NCBI RefSeq assembly: GCF_963921235.1
Contig: NC_086097.1
Coordinates: 77,688,001-77,752,000 of the forward strand
DNA: 64,000 bases
Direction of reading: 5' to 3'
From: Mobula hypostoma
Lineage: Eukaryota
Shown here: piece by piece, positions 51,521-63,625 of the stretch
How the letters are laid out: every line of letters starts with the position of its first letter
How positions within the stretch are numbered: position 1 is the first letter of the stretch
Notes under the pieces: generated by a model
The model's database searches: none
Seen by the model: only the letters and a program-made list of their open reading frames with translations
Told to the model about the DNA's origin: nothing
Program-made: the position numbers and the translations under genes

Positions 51521-52669
51521 ATATTTCCTGAAATCATTTCACAAATTTCAACCCATCCCAGTCTCCAACACATTGGACAGTCCAGTCAATACTGGGGAAA
51601 TTAAAATCTCCGACTGATACAACCCTATTATTCTTAAAACTATAAGCCTGCTTAAATTTTTATGTACATCTGCTCCTTAAGTTCCCAGTGACTATTGTGA
51701 GGGGTGATCTGTAATACAGCTCCACCAGAGAGACCATCCCCTTCTCCCATATTGGCTTACAGGATGATCCCCCAAGAAAGTCATCTTTAAGTACTGCAAT
51801 TATGCCTTGCCTTATCAAAGAGGCAATGCCCTCTCCTTGGTTACGTGTACCTCTGTCCCACCTGTAGCATCTGTATCCTGGAATATTGAGTTGCCAGTCT
51901 TGCCCTTATCTCAGCCATGTTTCTGCTATGGCTATAACATCCCAGTCCCCAGAGCCAATCTGATGTTACCTAACATCGCTATGCTATCATGGCACCCCTT
52001 CTTGAATTTCACAATTCACCTGCTGCTTCTCTCCCTGCTTCCCTTTTGAAGCTTTAACTACCAGATGCCATCCTGCTTCCTTTCTGGAAATCTTGCCTTT
52101 AATTAGTTCTTGCCTTCGTCAAAGTAATTCTCAGTTAGTTTTTGTTATTCTTAAGTCAAGGTATATTAACAGCAATTGTGGCTCCAATGAGTCAGTCCTC
52201 CCCAATAGCCTCAAAATAAATGTTTAGCTTCAGTTTTGATCCCAGTTTTCCCGTGAACTATGTGTACTCAACCTGGAACTTTGAGAATAACCAAATATTG
52301 GGTAGTTATGGTGAAAAATCTAAAAAAACAGGCTCCACAATCCATTTTATCTTTAGGCTTCCCTTGATCCATTAATGCTTTTTTCTTGCTTTCACAGCAC
52401 TAGTCACAAACTTTTCTCATGCTTTACTCCAGAATGTAATCTTATATTTTGATTTTCAGTCCATGGATTTGATTTCTGCTCAGCCATCATGCTGGTTTTA
52501 GATAGTTTTTTTTTCAATCTCTTGTGGTTCCTATCAACTTCTCTGTTTTTGTTTTCTAATTGATGCTGTTCATAAACTAATGGGAGCTTTCCTTGGACTT
52601 CTTTGCATTGTGTATTCATTATTGTATTTGCATTGGGAATTTATTGCATTATCATCACTATGTGCCACG

Positions 52670-53020
52670 TTGTATGATATTGGCGACCATGCTCTATCCA
52701 TGACCAAGATTGATTTTTGTAAATTTTTCTATAGAACTGGTTTGCCATTGCCTTCTTCTGGGCAGTGTCCTTACAAGACAGGTGACCCCCAGCCCCTATC
52801 AATACGTTTCTGAGATCATCTGTTTGACATCAATGGTTACATAACTTGTGATATGCACCAGCTGCTCGTACGACCATCCGCCACCTGCTCCCATGGGTTT
52901 ACGTGACCCTGATCGGGAGTCTAAGCAGGTGCTACACCTTGTACATGGATGACTTGCAGACTAGCAGAGGGAAGAAGCACCTTACACCTCCGTTGGTAGA
53001 AAAGTATCTTCTCCCCGACA
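52670..53020 (-). mobile_element. RTE-related non-autonomous repeat
   Basis: Reverse complement of 33598-33915 (ggtttgccattgccttcttctgggcag). Confidence 0.6.
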
Positions 53021-54270
53021 CCCAAGATTATTATGATATTAGCCTGTACAAATCATTTTCTGTTAAAATGCTTCAGTGTCAATATTATGCCCCATCTTGT
53101 GTCACCTTCACAGGTGGCTTAATGAAATCAATGGCAATCTACCAAAACCTCTGATAAGGATTATATCAGTGTTAGAGCATGCTGACTCAACTATGATCAA
53201 TATTCTCAAACATGCTCATGCTTCCCTATCCTTCATGTTGAATATAGTAATGTTGTCCATACAACAGATAATCATGGACTGACACCCCACTCCCACCCAA
53301 CCCAGATACCACGACTTATATCCTTTTCAGTGTGGATTCTGTGGCCACTTCATTCTGAACATCCAACAAACACAACAATCAAAGAGAGCAAAACATTGTA
53401 ACATCTGCAGCATCCTTGAAGATGTCCTTCAGGTCAGCCACATCGTCTTTTGAGGAGGATCCATGCCAAACAAAGCTCTTCCTTTGTAGTCCTCTCTCTC
53501 TGCCTCAAGCAGCTTCCCTCCAGTCAGCACGGCTTGAATCTTCCCCTTCTCCTTCACCACATTTCCCAAATGCTGGAAAGCTTCAATTGTTGACTTATTG
53601 TTACTTTCTCTGTTGATAATCCTGTTTCTTTTAGCTTTCCCATGTCCCATCTGCTTAACAAGTAGACTAATATTTCCAGTTCCTGGACCTGGAGACACGT
53701 TCCTTTCTTATCATAATTCCCATCAATTCCTGCTTCAAAATGGCTGTGTTACACCTTCACTTTGCACTGCTTGGTCAGTTTTGTCATGACCTCCTTCATT
53801 ACTGCCTGGTCCTAGATGCTACCACTGCCATTTGTGTTACTGCATCTGGTAGCCTAAGACTGTCTTAGCTGCATCATTGGGTTTTCAGAGTCAAAGATGA
53901 AGGCAGTAATCATCAAGGTGAATATGCTACTCTATTTTGAACTGTGATAGTGTTTTCTATTTAACCACATTAGTCTAAGTTTCTTAGCCTAATCAACACT
54001 ATTGGCTTGCAGATATAGGCTGCTGCAATTATCAGCAGTTCTGTTATCACTGGCATGTGCCGGTGCATCTCACTTTCCACTGTGTTTGAAATGTTCTGCC
54101 AGGGTTTATATGTAGCTGTTCAGTATCTCATCACTGTCCCATCCATGAAAGCTCACCACTGCCTCTATTTCTCAGGAGTCTAAAGACGTTTGGTATGTCC
54201 CCTTCGAATCTTTCCAATTTTTATTGATGTACCAAAGTATGTATATGATATGTATCATATCTTGATGCAT

Positions 54271-54460
54271 TCACAAACAAGAGAAAAGCTGCAGATGCTG
54301 GAAATCGAAGCAACACACACAAAATGCTGAAGGAACTCCGCAGGCGAGGCATCATCGATGGAAAGGAGTACAGTGGACATTTTGGCCTGAAAAATCGTCT
54401 GTGCTCCTTTCCTGGATGCTATCTAGCCTGCCGACTTCCTCTAGCATTTTGTGTGTGTCC
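54271..54460. mobile_element. Penelope-derived fold-back insert
   Basis: Inverted arms acacacacaaaatgct... / ...agcattttgtgtgtgt; 12-bp TSD atcttgatgcat (54259-54270 / 54461-54472). Confidence 0.8.
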
Positions 54461-54516
54461 ATCTTGATGCATCACGGTTTTGTAAAAATAGATAGCATGG
54501 AAGAAATATTTACATC

Positions 54517-55010
54517 TGAATCAGAATCAGAATTCTTATCAATAGTACTTTGTGATATTTATTGTTTTGTGGCAGCAGTACAGTGCAAGACATGAAAAAT
54601 ACTATAGGTTACAATAAGAAAATAAATAAGGAATAAATAGCCAGGTAATGTTCACGGACCACTCAGAAATCTGATGGCCGAGGGGAAAATGCTGTTCCTA
54701 AAACATTGAGTGTGAGTCTTTAGGCTCCTATACTATTTTTTTTTCCCTGATGGCAGTAATCAGAAGACATGTCCCAGAGGGTGACAGTCCTTAATGATGG
54801 ATGCCGCCTTTTTGAGGCACCAGCCTTTGAAGATACCCTGGATAGTGGGAAAGCTTGTGCCCATGATAGACCTGGCTGAGGCCTATGAATTGGAGCCTCC
54901 ATGCCATATCGTGATACAACCAGATAGAATGCTCTCCACTATAATTCTGTAGAGATCTATTTGAGTCTTTAGTGACATAACCAAATCTCCTCAAACTCCT
55001 AATGATGTCT
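54517..55010 (-). mobile_element. Rex1/Babar 3' fragment
   Basis: (GAATCA)n reversed tail; IIRSLRRFG. Confidence 0.8.
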
Positions 55011-55859
55011 ATATAGTGATGATTACACATTAGTTCTTACTAGACAAGAGGTGTCAGAATTTTTTCCTATTCTCCAGTAACACAGAAATAGTTGTAGTTT
55101 GATATTAAGACATTATAATCACCTATGATTTTCCGAACATTGTACTTTGCAGTAGAATCATATAGAAAACTCCTAACAAGGTTATCATTAGCAAAGTTTA
55201 GGGAAGGCCATAAGAAGTAGGAACAGACGTTAGGTGTTTCAGGGAACAGTATAGCTCAAATAGATCTCTTGCAAATTAGTCTAATGGGAAAAGCCCTATT
55301 CAAGTACCCATTACATTTGTGAAATCTCACCCTGTCGAGAGACCATAAATCAGTTTGCCTATATTTGAATTAGATGCCTATTTGTAAGATTCATATTGTT
55401 CAATACTCTGGCTGCTGCAGAAGTGTAATGCATGTTTCAGATCAGTCAAGCGACATGTAGAGCAAATTGTTGATGTTTCATTCTGAAGCCTTACATCAAG
55501 ATCAGCACCTCAGCCTGAAATCCTGCCTATGCCTCAACTGATGCTACTTGGTCATTGAGTTCTTCCAACAGATTGTTTTTGTTCCCAGCTCTAGCATCTT
55601 CATTCTCCTGTGTCTTCATCCAAACTTGTTGCTAAGCAATAGCAGAGTTACAGAGGGTGAATTGAACCAAGAATTCTTCTGAAGAGCGCTCCTTTGATCA
55701 TGGTGTCCTGCTCAGTTAGGTCAAATATGACAAAGTACAACTGCATCTTTGGCAGGAGCCACAGATGTAGCGTTAAACCAACCTCTTCCTTCATCTACAA
55801 CAGATGACTGAGAATTTCTCCCTCTGCCCTTGCAAAGTATCAGATCTCCAAATGTTTTG

Positions 55860-56040
55860 GCATTGAATTCAAAGAAACATTTTTCCTTCTTGGAAGATTT
55901 ACAAATCTGTAAAAGTTTTGAAGCTAACAGGAGAAAGCTTTTTGTTTTCTTCTTTGCGGTGCGTTATTGGTTATTCAACAAGACAGAGTTACACACAAAA
56001 CAAAATCACTCTGCTTTACACAACCCAAATCAGTCATACT
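55860..56040 (+). pseudogene. Pseudo-exon, RGS helices 4-5
   Basis: KHFSFLEDLQICKS (TTG where TGG/Trp is expected), then QNKITLLYTTQI in a shifted frame; a CR1 begins immediately after. Confidence 0.45.
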
Positions 56041-56044
56041 GAGT

Positions 56045-58925
56045 GTCAAATTTAGTGGGAAAATGGAGGATTGGGAAGCTTTTAAAAACCTACAGAAAGC
56101 AACTAAAAGAATTATTAGGAGGGGAAAGATGAAATATGAAAGCAAGCTAGCAAACAATATAAAGATGGATAGAAAAAGCTTTCTCAAGTATATAAAAAAT
56201 AAAAGAGAGATGAGAGTGAATATAGGACTGCTAGAAGATGAGGCCGGAGAAATAATAATAAGGGACAAGGAGATGGCAGATGAACTAAATGAGTATCTTG
56301 CATCAGTCTTCACTGTGGAAGACACCAGCAGTGTGTCAGGTGTTGAAGAGTGTAAGGGAAGAGAAGTGATTATACTTACTATTAAAAGGGAGAAGGTGCT
56401 CAAAAAGCTGAAAGACCTAAAGGTGCGTTAGTCAGCTAGAGGAGCTGAACTGCACCTTAGGTTCTGAAAGAAGTAACAGTAGAGATTGTAGAGGCATTGG
56501 TAATGATCTTTCAAGAACCATTGGACTCTGACATGGTTCCAGAGGACTGGAAAATTACAACTATCACTCCACTCTTTAAGAAAGGAGGAAGGCAGCAGAA
56601 AGGAAATCATTGACCGGTTAGCCTGACCTCAGTGGTTGGGAAGATGTTGGAGTCAATTGTTAAGAATGAGGAAATGGAGTACTTGGTAACACAGGACAAG
56701 ATAGGACAAAGTCAGCGTGGATTCCTTAAGGGAATAGCTTGCCTGTCGAGCCTGTTGGAATTCTTTGAGGAGATTACAAGAGGGGCAGATAAAGTGGATG
56801 TAGTGAATGTTGTATATTTTGGGTTTTCAGAAGGCCTTTGACAAGGTGGCACACATAAGGCTGCTTACCAAGTTAAGAGCCCATGGTATTATAGGAAAGT
56901 TACTAGCATGGCTGGAGCATTGGCTGATTGGTAGCAGGCAGCAAGTGGGAATAAGCTGATCCTTTTCTAGTTGGCTGCCAGTGACTAGTGGTGTTCCACA
57001 GGGGTCAGTGTTGGCACCACTTATTATGCTGTGTTACGTACCCCGTAACTGGGTTGCCAAACCAGCAGAAATGGATCACTCAGTTGGAGTCTGGATTACT
57101 GGAACTAAGAAAGTTTTATTAAAGAAATAAGCAACAGAGTACCCTAATAGTAAGGATATAAATGCAACAGTTCAGCAATGATAAACACACATGTACACAG
57201 AATTAGGATAACAGGATCAATCAAGCTCTATCGTCGTCTAGGGGTAAATGACCAGTTTCAAAGTGACGCAAAGTTCAGTTCAATTGAGTTCAGTTCAGTT
57301 CACAGTAATCACTGCCGTGGCGATGGACCGGGGGGTGGGGGGGGGGAAGGAGAGAGAGAGCAAAAGTGAATGAATATTCAAATGGCTTCCACACAGACCT
57401 TCGATATTCTTCGCAGTCAGCTTTCGGGCAAGCCCTTTGTAATGTCTTCTGAGGTCACCGGCTATGACCCCTCCGTTTTCAGATATGATCGCTCCTCTGC
57501 AGTGAACCTGGCACCCAGGCAAGGGTGGACACACACCAGGTTCCCGCCGATCGTACCTTTCCACCCTGTGCGTCTATGGCTTGGTCCCGCGACCAGCCCT
57601 CCAAAAACTCCCACCGACTTGTGGCAGGCGCACCGCTTCCAGGGTCTCATTACCTCGTGGTGTCCTGTGTGTCCTGCCTTAGCGAACCTATCCCTTTTTA
57701 TCCCCCTGCTGGGGTATCGCCTGTCCATCACTTCAAACAGTTCAGGGTTCAAAGAGGAGCCGATCTTGACAGCTCGCAGACCGTGTCTCCTTCCGTTAAA
57801 CTCTCCCGTCCCTTCATTAACATCTCCAAATGCTGCTCCATTGTTTTCCTTATCTCTCTTTCTCCTGAAGACAGGTGGCAGACCAACTGCTGATCCCACT
57901 GGTGCCAGCACAGGACAGTCAGTTAACATCTTAGTCTATGTGTACTTTCGTCACAGCTGCATAACAACAATTTAAGTGATGGAATAGATAGCTTTTTTTC
58001 CAAGTTTCCAGATGATACAAAGATCACTGGAGGGGCAGGTAGTGTTGAGGAAACAGGAAGGCTTCAGAAGGACTTAAGACAGATTGGGTGAATAGGCAAG
58101 AAAGTGGCAAATTAAATACAACGTTTGAAAATGCAGCTTCATACATTTTGGTAGTAGAAATAAATGTGCAGACTACTTTCTAAGTGGGGAGAAAATCCAA
58201 AACTCTGAGATGCAAGGAGACTTGCGAGTTCTTGTGCAGAACACCCTAAGGATGAACTTGCAGATTGAGTCAGTGTTGACAAAGACAAATGTAATGTTAG
58301 CATTCATTTCAAGAGAACTAGGATATAAGGGCAGGGCTGTGATACCGAGGCTTTGTAAGGTACAGGTGAGGCGTCATCTTGAGTACTGTCAACAGTTTTG
58401 GGCTCCTTAACTAAGAAAAGATGTTCCGGCATTGGAGAATGTTCAGAGGAGGTTCACAAAGATGATTCCAGAAATGAAAGGGTTATCATATGAGGAACGT
58501 TGAAGGCTCTGGGCCTGCACTCACTGGAATTTAGAAGGATGAGAGAGAATCTCATTGAAACCTTTCAAATGTTGAAAGGCCTAGATAGAGAAGATATGAA
58601 AAGGATGTTTCCCATGGTGGGGGAGCCTAGGACAGGCGGGAACAGCCTCAGGATAAAGGAACATCTATGTAAAACAGAGATGTAGAGAAATTTGTTTAGC
58701 CAGAGGGTGGTGAGTTTGTTACCACAGGTAGCTGTGGAGGCCAGGTCGTTGGCTGTATTTAAGTTGAAGATTGTTAGGTTTTTGATTGGTCACGGCATGA
58801 AAGATATGGGGAGAAGACCAGGAAGTGAGATTGAGGAGGGGAAAAATTTATCAGCCATGATTGAATGGCAAAGCAGACTCGATGGACCAAATACCTTTAT
58901 TCAACTCCTGTCTTATGTCCTATTG
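56045..58925 (+). mobile_element. CR1 ORF2 to 3' end, interrupted by a solo LTR
   Basis: EDWEAFKN...ELNEYLASVFTVED, VGKMLESIVK, VPQGSVL, HLEYCQQFWAP, FSQRVV. Confidence 0.93.
57032..57955 (-). mobile_element. Gypsy-type solo LTR (924 bp)
   Basis: TGTTACG...CGTCACA termini; 4-bp TSD gctg (57028-57031 / 57956-57959); minus-strand AATAAA near 57115. Confidence 0.9.
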
Positions 58926-59035
58926 TCTCATGTACTCTCTTCAACACAACAACTTCCTTTCTATAGTGTGGTGTCCAGAACTGCACACAATACTCTAAGC
59001 ACAGTCTATAATCAGTGTTGTATAAAGTTGTAAAG

Positions 59036-59857
59036 TAGATTAGATTAGATTCAACTTTATTGTCATTGCGCCAAGTACAGATACAAAGCCAATGAAATGC
59101 GGATAGCATCTGACCAGAAATGCAAATAGTGTTATTTACAAAATAACTGTGAATAAAAAGTAAGTGCTACAGCACACAAATAAAAAAGTACTGAGACAGT
59201 ACAATACGGATGCAATACTGCTTAGCGCTGTGATGTGAGGTTCAGCAGGTACACAGCCTCAGGGAAGAAGCCCTTCCTGTGCCTGCTGGTGCAGGAGTAG
59301 AGGCTCCTGTAGCACCTACCAGATTGGGGGAGAGTAAAAAGTCCATGGTTAAGGTGAGATGCATCCTTGATAATGCTTTTCGCCCTGCCCAGGCAGTGTT
59401 TTTGGTAGATGTTCTCAATGGTGGGCATTTGGGTGCTGATAATTCGCTGGGCAGTTTTCACCACGCGCTGGAGTGCTTTGCGGTCCGATACAGAACAATT
59501 GCCATACCACACTGAGATGCAGTTAGTGAGTATGCTCTCAATGGTACAGCGGTAAAAGTTCGTCAATATCCTGGGACAGAGGTGAGCTTTCTTGGTGCTC
59601 CGCAGAAAATAAAGGTGCTGTTGCACCTTTTTGATCAGGATGGAGGAGTTCAGGGACCAGGTGAGATCCTCGGAAATGTGGACACCAAGGAATTTGAAGC
59701 TTGATACATGCTCCACTACAGCTCTGTTGGTGTAGATGGGGAAGTGAGTGTGGCTCCTAGCATGCTTGAAGTCCACAATGATCTCCTTGGTCCTCTGGGT
59801 GTTAAGGGCTAGGTTGTTGTTGGCACACCATGCGGCCAGGTGCTGGACCTTGTCCCT
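59036..59857 (-). mobile_element. Rex1/Babar 3' fragment, still an open reading frame
   Basis: ORF 59222-59914 LAAWCANNNLALN..KTKEIIVDF..FKFLGVHISEDLTW..FYRCTIESIL; (TAGAT)n reversed tail. Confidence 0.92.
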
Positions 59858-59926
59858 GTAGTAACATACTAACTTTAAATTCTGTGCCCCAACCAATGAA
59901 AGCAAGACAGTCATATGCCTTTTTCA

Positions 59927-60330
59927 TATAACCATATAACCATATAACAATTACAGCACGGAAACGGGCCATCTCGGCCCTTCTGGTCTGTGCCAAACTC
60001 TTACTCCCATCTAGTCCCACCGCCCTTCACTCAGCCCATAACCCTCCATTCCTTTCCTGTCCATATATCTATCCAATTTAACTTTAAACGACAACATCAA
60101 ACCTGCTTCAACCACTTCTGCTGGAAGCTCGTTCCACGCAGCTACCACTCTCTGAGTAAAGAAGTTCCCCCTCATATTACCCCTAAACTTTTTGCCCTTT
60201 AACTCTCAACTTATGTCCTCTTGTTTGAATCTCCCCCATTCTCAATGGAAAAAGCCTATCCACATCAACTCTATCAATCCCCCTCATAATTTTAAACACC
60301 TCTATCAAGTCCCCCCTTAACCTTCTACGC
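59927..60330 (-). mobile_element. CR1 3' end
   Basis: (ATAACCAT)n reversed tail plus CR1 terminal RT sequence. Confidence 0.85.
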
Positions 60331-60434
60331 TATTTTTCACTATTCTATCTACCTGTCTTGATTGAATCCCAAGATTCCTCTGTTGGCCAACATTCCTAAG
60401 TGTCCTACTAATGCCAATAGCCTACTCAAATTTC

Positions 60435-60740
60435 CATCTGATCTGGCTGGGAGAAAGGTGGGTGGTGGTTCGCCAGGGACTGAAAACTTGAGGAATTTTG
60501 GTACTCAGAAGCTAAAATCGCTTTCACTTGTTTGGGAAATAGCAATGGTGGAGAGAGTTGGGTGCCCTCAGGAGATAGAATGAAGGAAATAATTTCAAGT
60601 GGACTTGATATCGTGTTCTCAGCATCCTAATATAACCCGCTTAGTGATATCATCTTCAGGTCATGCAAAAGCAGAATTCATATGGTTATACATGTATCAG
60701 TATCCTACAGAGTCCAGATGTATGGTTGTATATTGACAGG
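60435..60740 (+). pseudogene. Pseudo-exon, RGS ENL-x-FW motif
   Basis: SDLAG...GTENL, then frameshifted EFWYSE near 60480-60510; later EIISSGLDIVFSAS* and VWLYID. Confidence 0.45.
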
Positions 60741-61789
60741 TGCTGCTGTGCATACCAGATATGTGCTATTCATCATCAGATGTCACTGCACATGTCAGGA
60801 TGTGTGTTATGCATCCAAATTCCACTCTGTACGTCATGGCCACAAATCAGACAGTCCACTCCTGCATGACATTTCTCCACGCTGCAGCTTTATCTGGATT
60901 TTATCTGCTCAAATAATACTGTTCTTTTGCTCCAAAATGAGCAACTTCACAATTTCCTCTCGGCAGCATCCTGGTAAACCTCTCCAAAGCCTCCACATCC
61001 AACTAAATTTAAGGGGAGCGGAGCCAAATTCTTCATTTGTCATCTAACTGCCCACTTGTCTAATCAGTTTTAAGTATAGAAACTCACAGTGCTGGAACGT
61101 GAATTTTAACCCAAGATGTTGTGTGAATTAATCAAGTGAGTTCTTAAAAGTCTAAACAATATTTTCTGCCTACACAGTGTCCATATCCCTCCATTCTCAG
61201 CACTTTAATGTGCCAATGTGTCTAAGAGTTTCAGCTAAGCCTATCATATTTGCCCTTCATGGCAGGCCATTGCAGACACCCACCACTCTCTATGTAAAAT
61301 ACAGACATTTCAACTCTGAGAAAAAGACACCAACTGTCTATCTATGCTTCTCATTCGATCTCCTTTTGGACTCCATCACTCCAAAGAAAACAACACCAAC
61401 TTTGCCCAACCTCTCCTTATAGCACATGTCCTCTAATCCAGGCAGCTTCCTGGTAAACCTCTCCTGCACCTTCTCCAAAGCCTCCATATCCATCCTATAA
61501 TGAGGCAACCAGAGCTGAGTACTCCAGAAGTGATATAACTATAGTTTTACAAAGCTGCAAAATAACTTCCCTATTCTTGAATTCAGTTCCTCAACTAATA
61601 AAGGAGAGTATGCCATACATTTTCTATACCACTCTAATTACTTTTGCAGATGCGTTCAGCGAGCTATGGACTTGGACCTCAAGATCCCTCTGTACATCAA
61701 AACCGTTTAGAGTCTTGCCATTAACACTACATTGTCCCTTTATATTTGATCTCCCAAAGTGCAACAGCTCATCTTGGTCAGTTTTTTTT

Positions 61790-62440
61790 AGTGCTGGAAA
61801 TGGTTACATCCCGACATGTGGGACAGAAGCAAGGTTGATTGTGTATTCCAGCTAATGCCGGCCGGTTTAGCGAGCAGAGCAGCGGACACCCCTGCTGAAA
61901 TCTGGAGGAAAACACACAGAGGATGCAGAGGGGGATCACAAAATCGAGGAAGGAAGACTGGGTCGAGACAACAGAGACTTATGGAGAAGAGGAGTTCGGT
62001 GGGTAATACCGTTCCGGCTGACCGGAGGTGCACTGAGAGCGGTAAGCGTAAAGGAGTTGGGTGCTTACTGATCTGGTTAACAACAGATGGTGCAATCCGG
62101 GTCATATTATGATCGAGGAACATGTTTGCAGACTGGATATTGAACTTTTTACTATTGGACTTCGGCCACATTCCACCGTGATACGACACTTGGCGGCATG
62201 GGAGGTCGTTCCTTCCTGTGGCCATCGAACGTGCAGCTCCTCCCGTGGAGGGTCAGACACCCTGAGCCAATAGACTGGTCCTGGACTTATTTTCCGTCTG
62301 GCATAGTTTGCATTTTGCTGTTTGATTGTTGGTGGTTTTTGTATTGCTATAGTTACGCTCTATTCTTGGTTGGTGCGGCTGTAACGAAACCAAATTTCCC
62401 CTCAGGATTAATAAAGTATATCTATCTATCTATTTATCTA
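61790..62440 (+). mobile_element. Internally deleted Rex1/Babar derivative
   Basis: 5'-like segment (EIWRKTHRGCRGG), endonuclease scrap (LVNNRWC...DIELFTIGLRP), and a 3' end shared with 14830-14930; (TATC)n tail. Confidence 0.7.
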
Positions 62441-62782
62441 TCATATTCCATCTGCCATTTCCCTACGCATATCTGCAATTGACCTCTACCCTCTGTATCC
62501 TTTGCCAGTCTTCTACACTATTTTTCACACCACCAATATATAGGCCAGCCAGATTTGAATCAAAACAGACAATTAACTGTGGATCCCAAACAGTTTAATC
62601 TCCTGTATGAACCTGCTATAAAGGTCAAATGGCTTACTAATAAACTCCATGTAGACAACATCCACGGCTCCATCTGTATCAATCACCTTTAATCGGGTTA
62701 GAAAGATATGATTTATCCCACAAACGCCACGCTGACTGTCCCAAACCAGGCCATGATTTTCACCAAATGCCCATAAATCCCG

Positions 62783-63625
62783 TGTCACGGTTCCGACCAT
62801 TAATTTCCCATTTCCTCCTAATTCCCTCTGATGGTGGCACACCTGGTTCTCATCAAGATCTGCAGCATAAAAACCCCAGCTTTGCACCCACTAGTTGCCA
62901 GATTGTTGTTTTAGCCAGTGTGGTGATTAACATTCCCGGCCGCTTAGGATTGTGTATTCTAAGTTTTACTTCAGTACCGAGGTTTACCTGTGTTACTCTG
63001 TTTCTCCATGTCAAGATAAAGATTTTAAGATTTATACTTTATACTTTATTGTCGTCAAACAATTGATGCTAGAGCATACAATCATCACAGCGATATTTGG
63101 TTCTCTCTTTGTGTTCCCTGGAGTACAAATCGATAGTAAGTATTAAACATTTAAATTATAAATCATAAATAGAAAGTAGAAAAGGGAAAGTTAGGTAGTA
63201 CAAAAAAACCAAGAGGCAGGTCCGGATATTTGGAGGGTACGGCTCAGATCCGGGTCAGGATCCGTTCAGCAGTCTTATTACAGTTGGAAAGGAGCTGTTC
63301 CCAAACCTGGCCGTATGAGTCTTCAAGCTCCTGAGCCTTCTCCCAGAGGGAAGAGGGACGAAAAGTGTGTTGGCTGAAGTGAGAAGTGAGATTTACTTCA
63401 GTACCGAGGTTACCTGTGTAACTCTGTCTCTCCGTGTCAAGAAAAGTATTGTCCTCCACTTGCCTTTCTATGCTTCATGTCAAGATAAGTTCTGCCTGCC
63501 TTCTGCTTTCCTGTTCACCCTCCTATTTGCCGTTCAGTTCCAGCCACTCCCATACCCTCATCTGAATCCTAACTCAATCTCCGTGCCAATGTCCTGCGTT
63601 TGGATTCGCCCCATTCCTTGCAACA
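62783..63625 (+). mobile_element. Solo LTR with nested Rex1 3' fragment (about 63030-63376, minus strand)
   Basis: TGTCAC...GCAACA termini; degenerate 5-bp TSD tcccg / tcgca; CR1 resumes on both sides. Confidence 0.65.

Larger units (their letters stand above)
60..60740 (+). pseudogene. Decayed multi-exon, multi-RGS-domain (RGS22/RGSL1-like) pseudogene spanning the window, probably extending beyond it
   Basis: Many TE-free + strand segments translate into RGS-like motifs (LFRTSEMMAFNILYES*MHF; LLIWADIQR; KYIVVDRTPLKVQIP; ANELCFLEVEVF; REEMQRKNFFMYGTA; ENL/EFWY). Most contain stops or frameshifts and some have canonical AG/GT sites. Family call is from remembered motifs, not a search. Confidence 0.62.

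Noticed and set aside
59222..59914. Longest ORF (230 aa) as a host gene
   Set aside because: Rex1/Babar RT C-terminal fragment read in from adjacent CR1 sequence.
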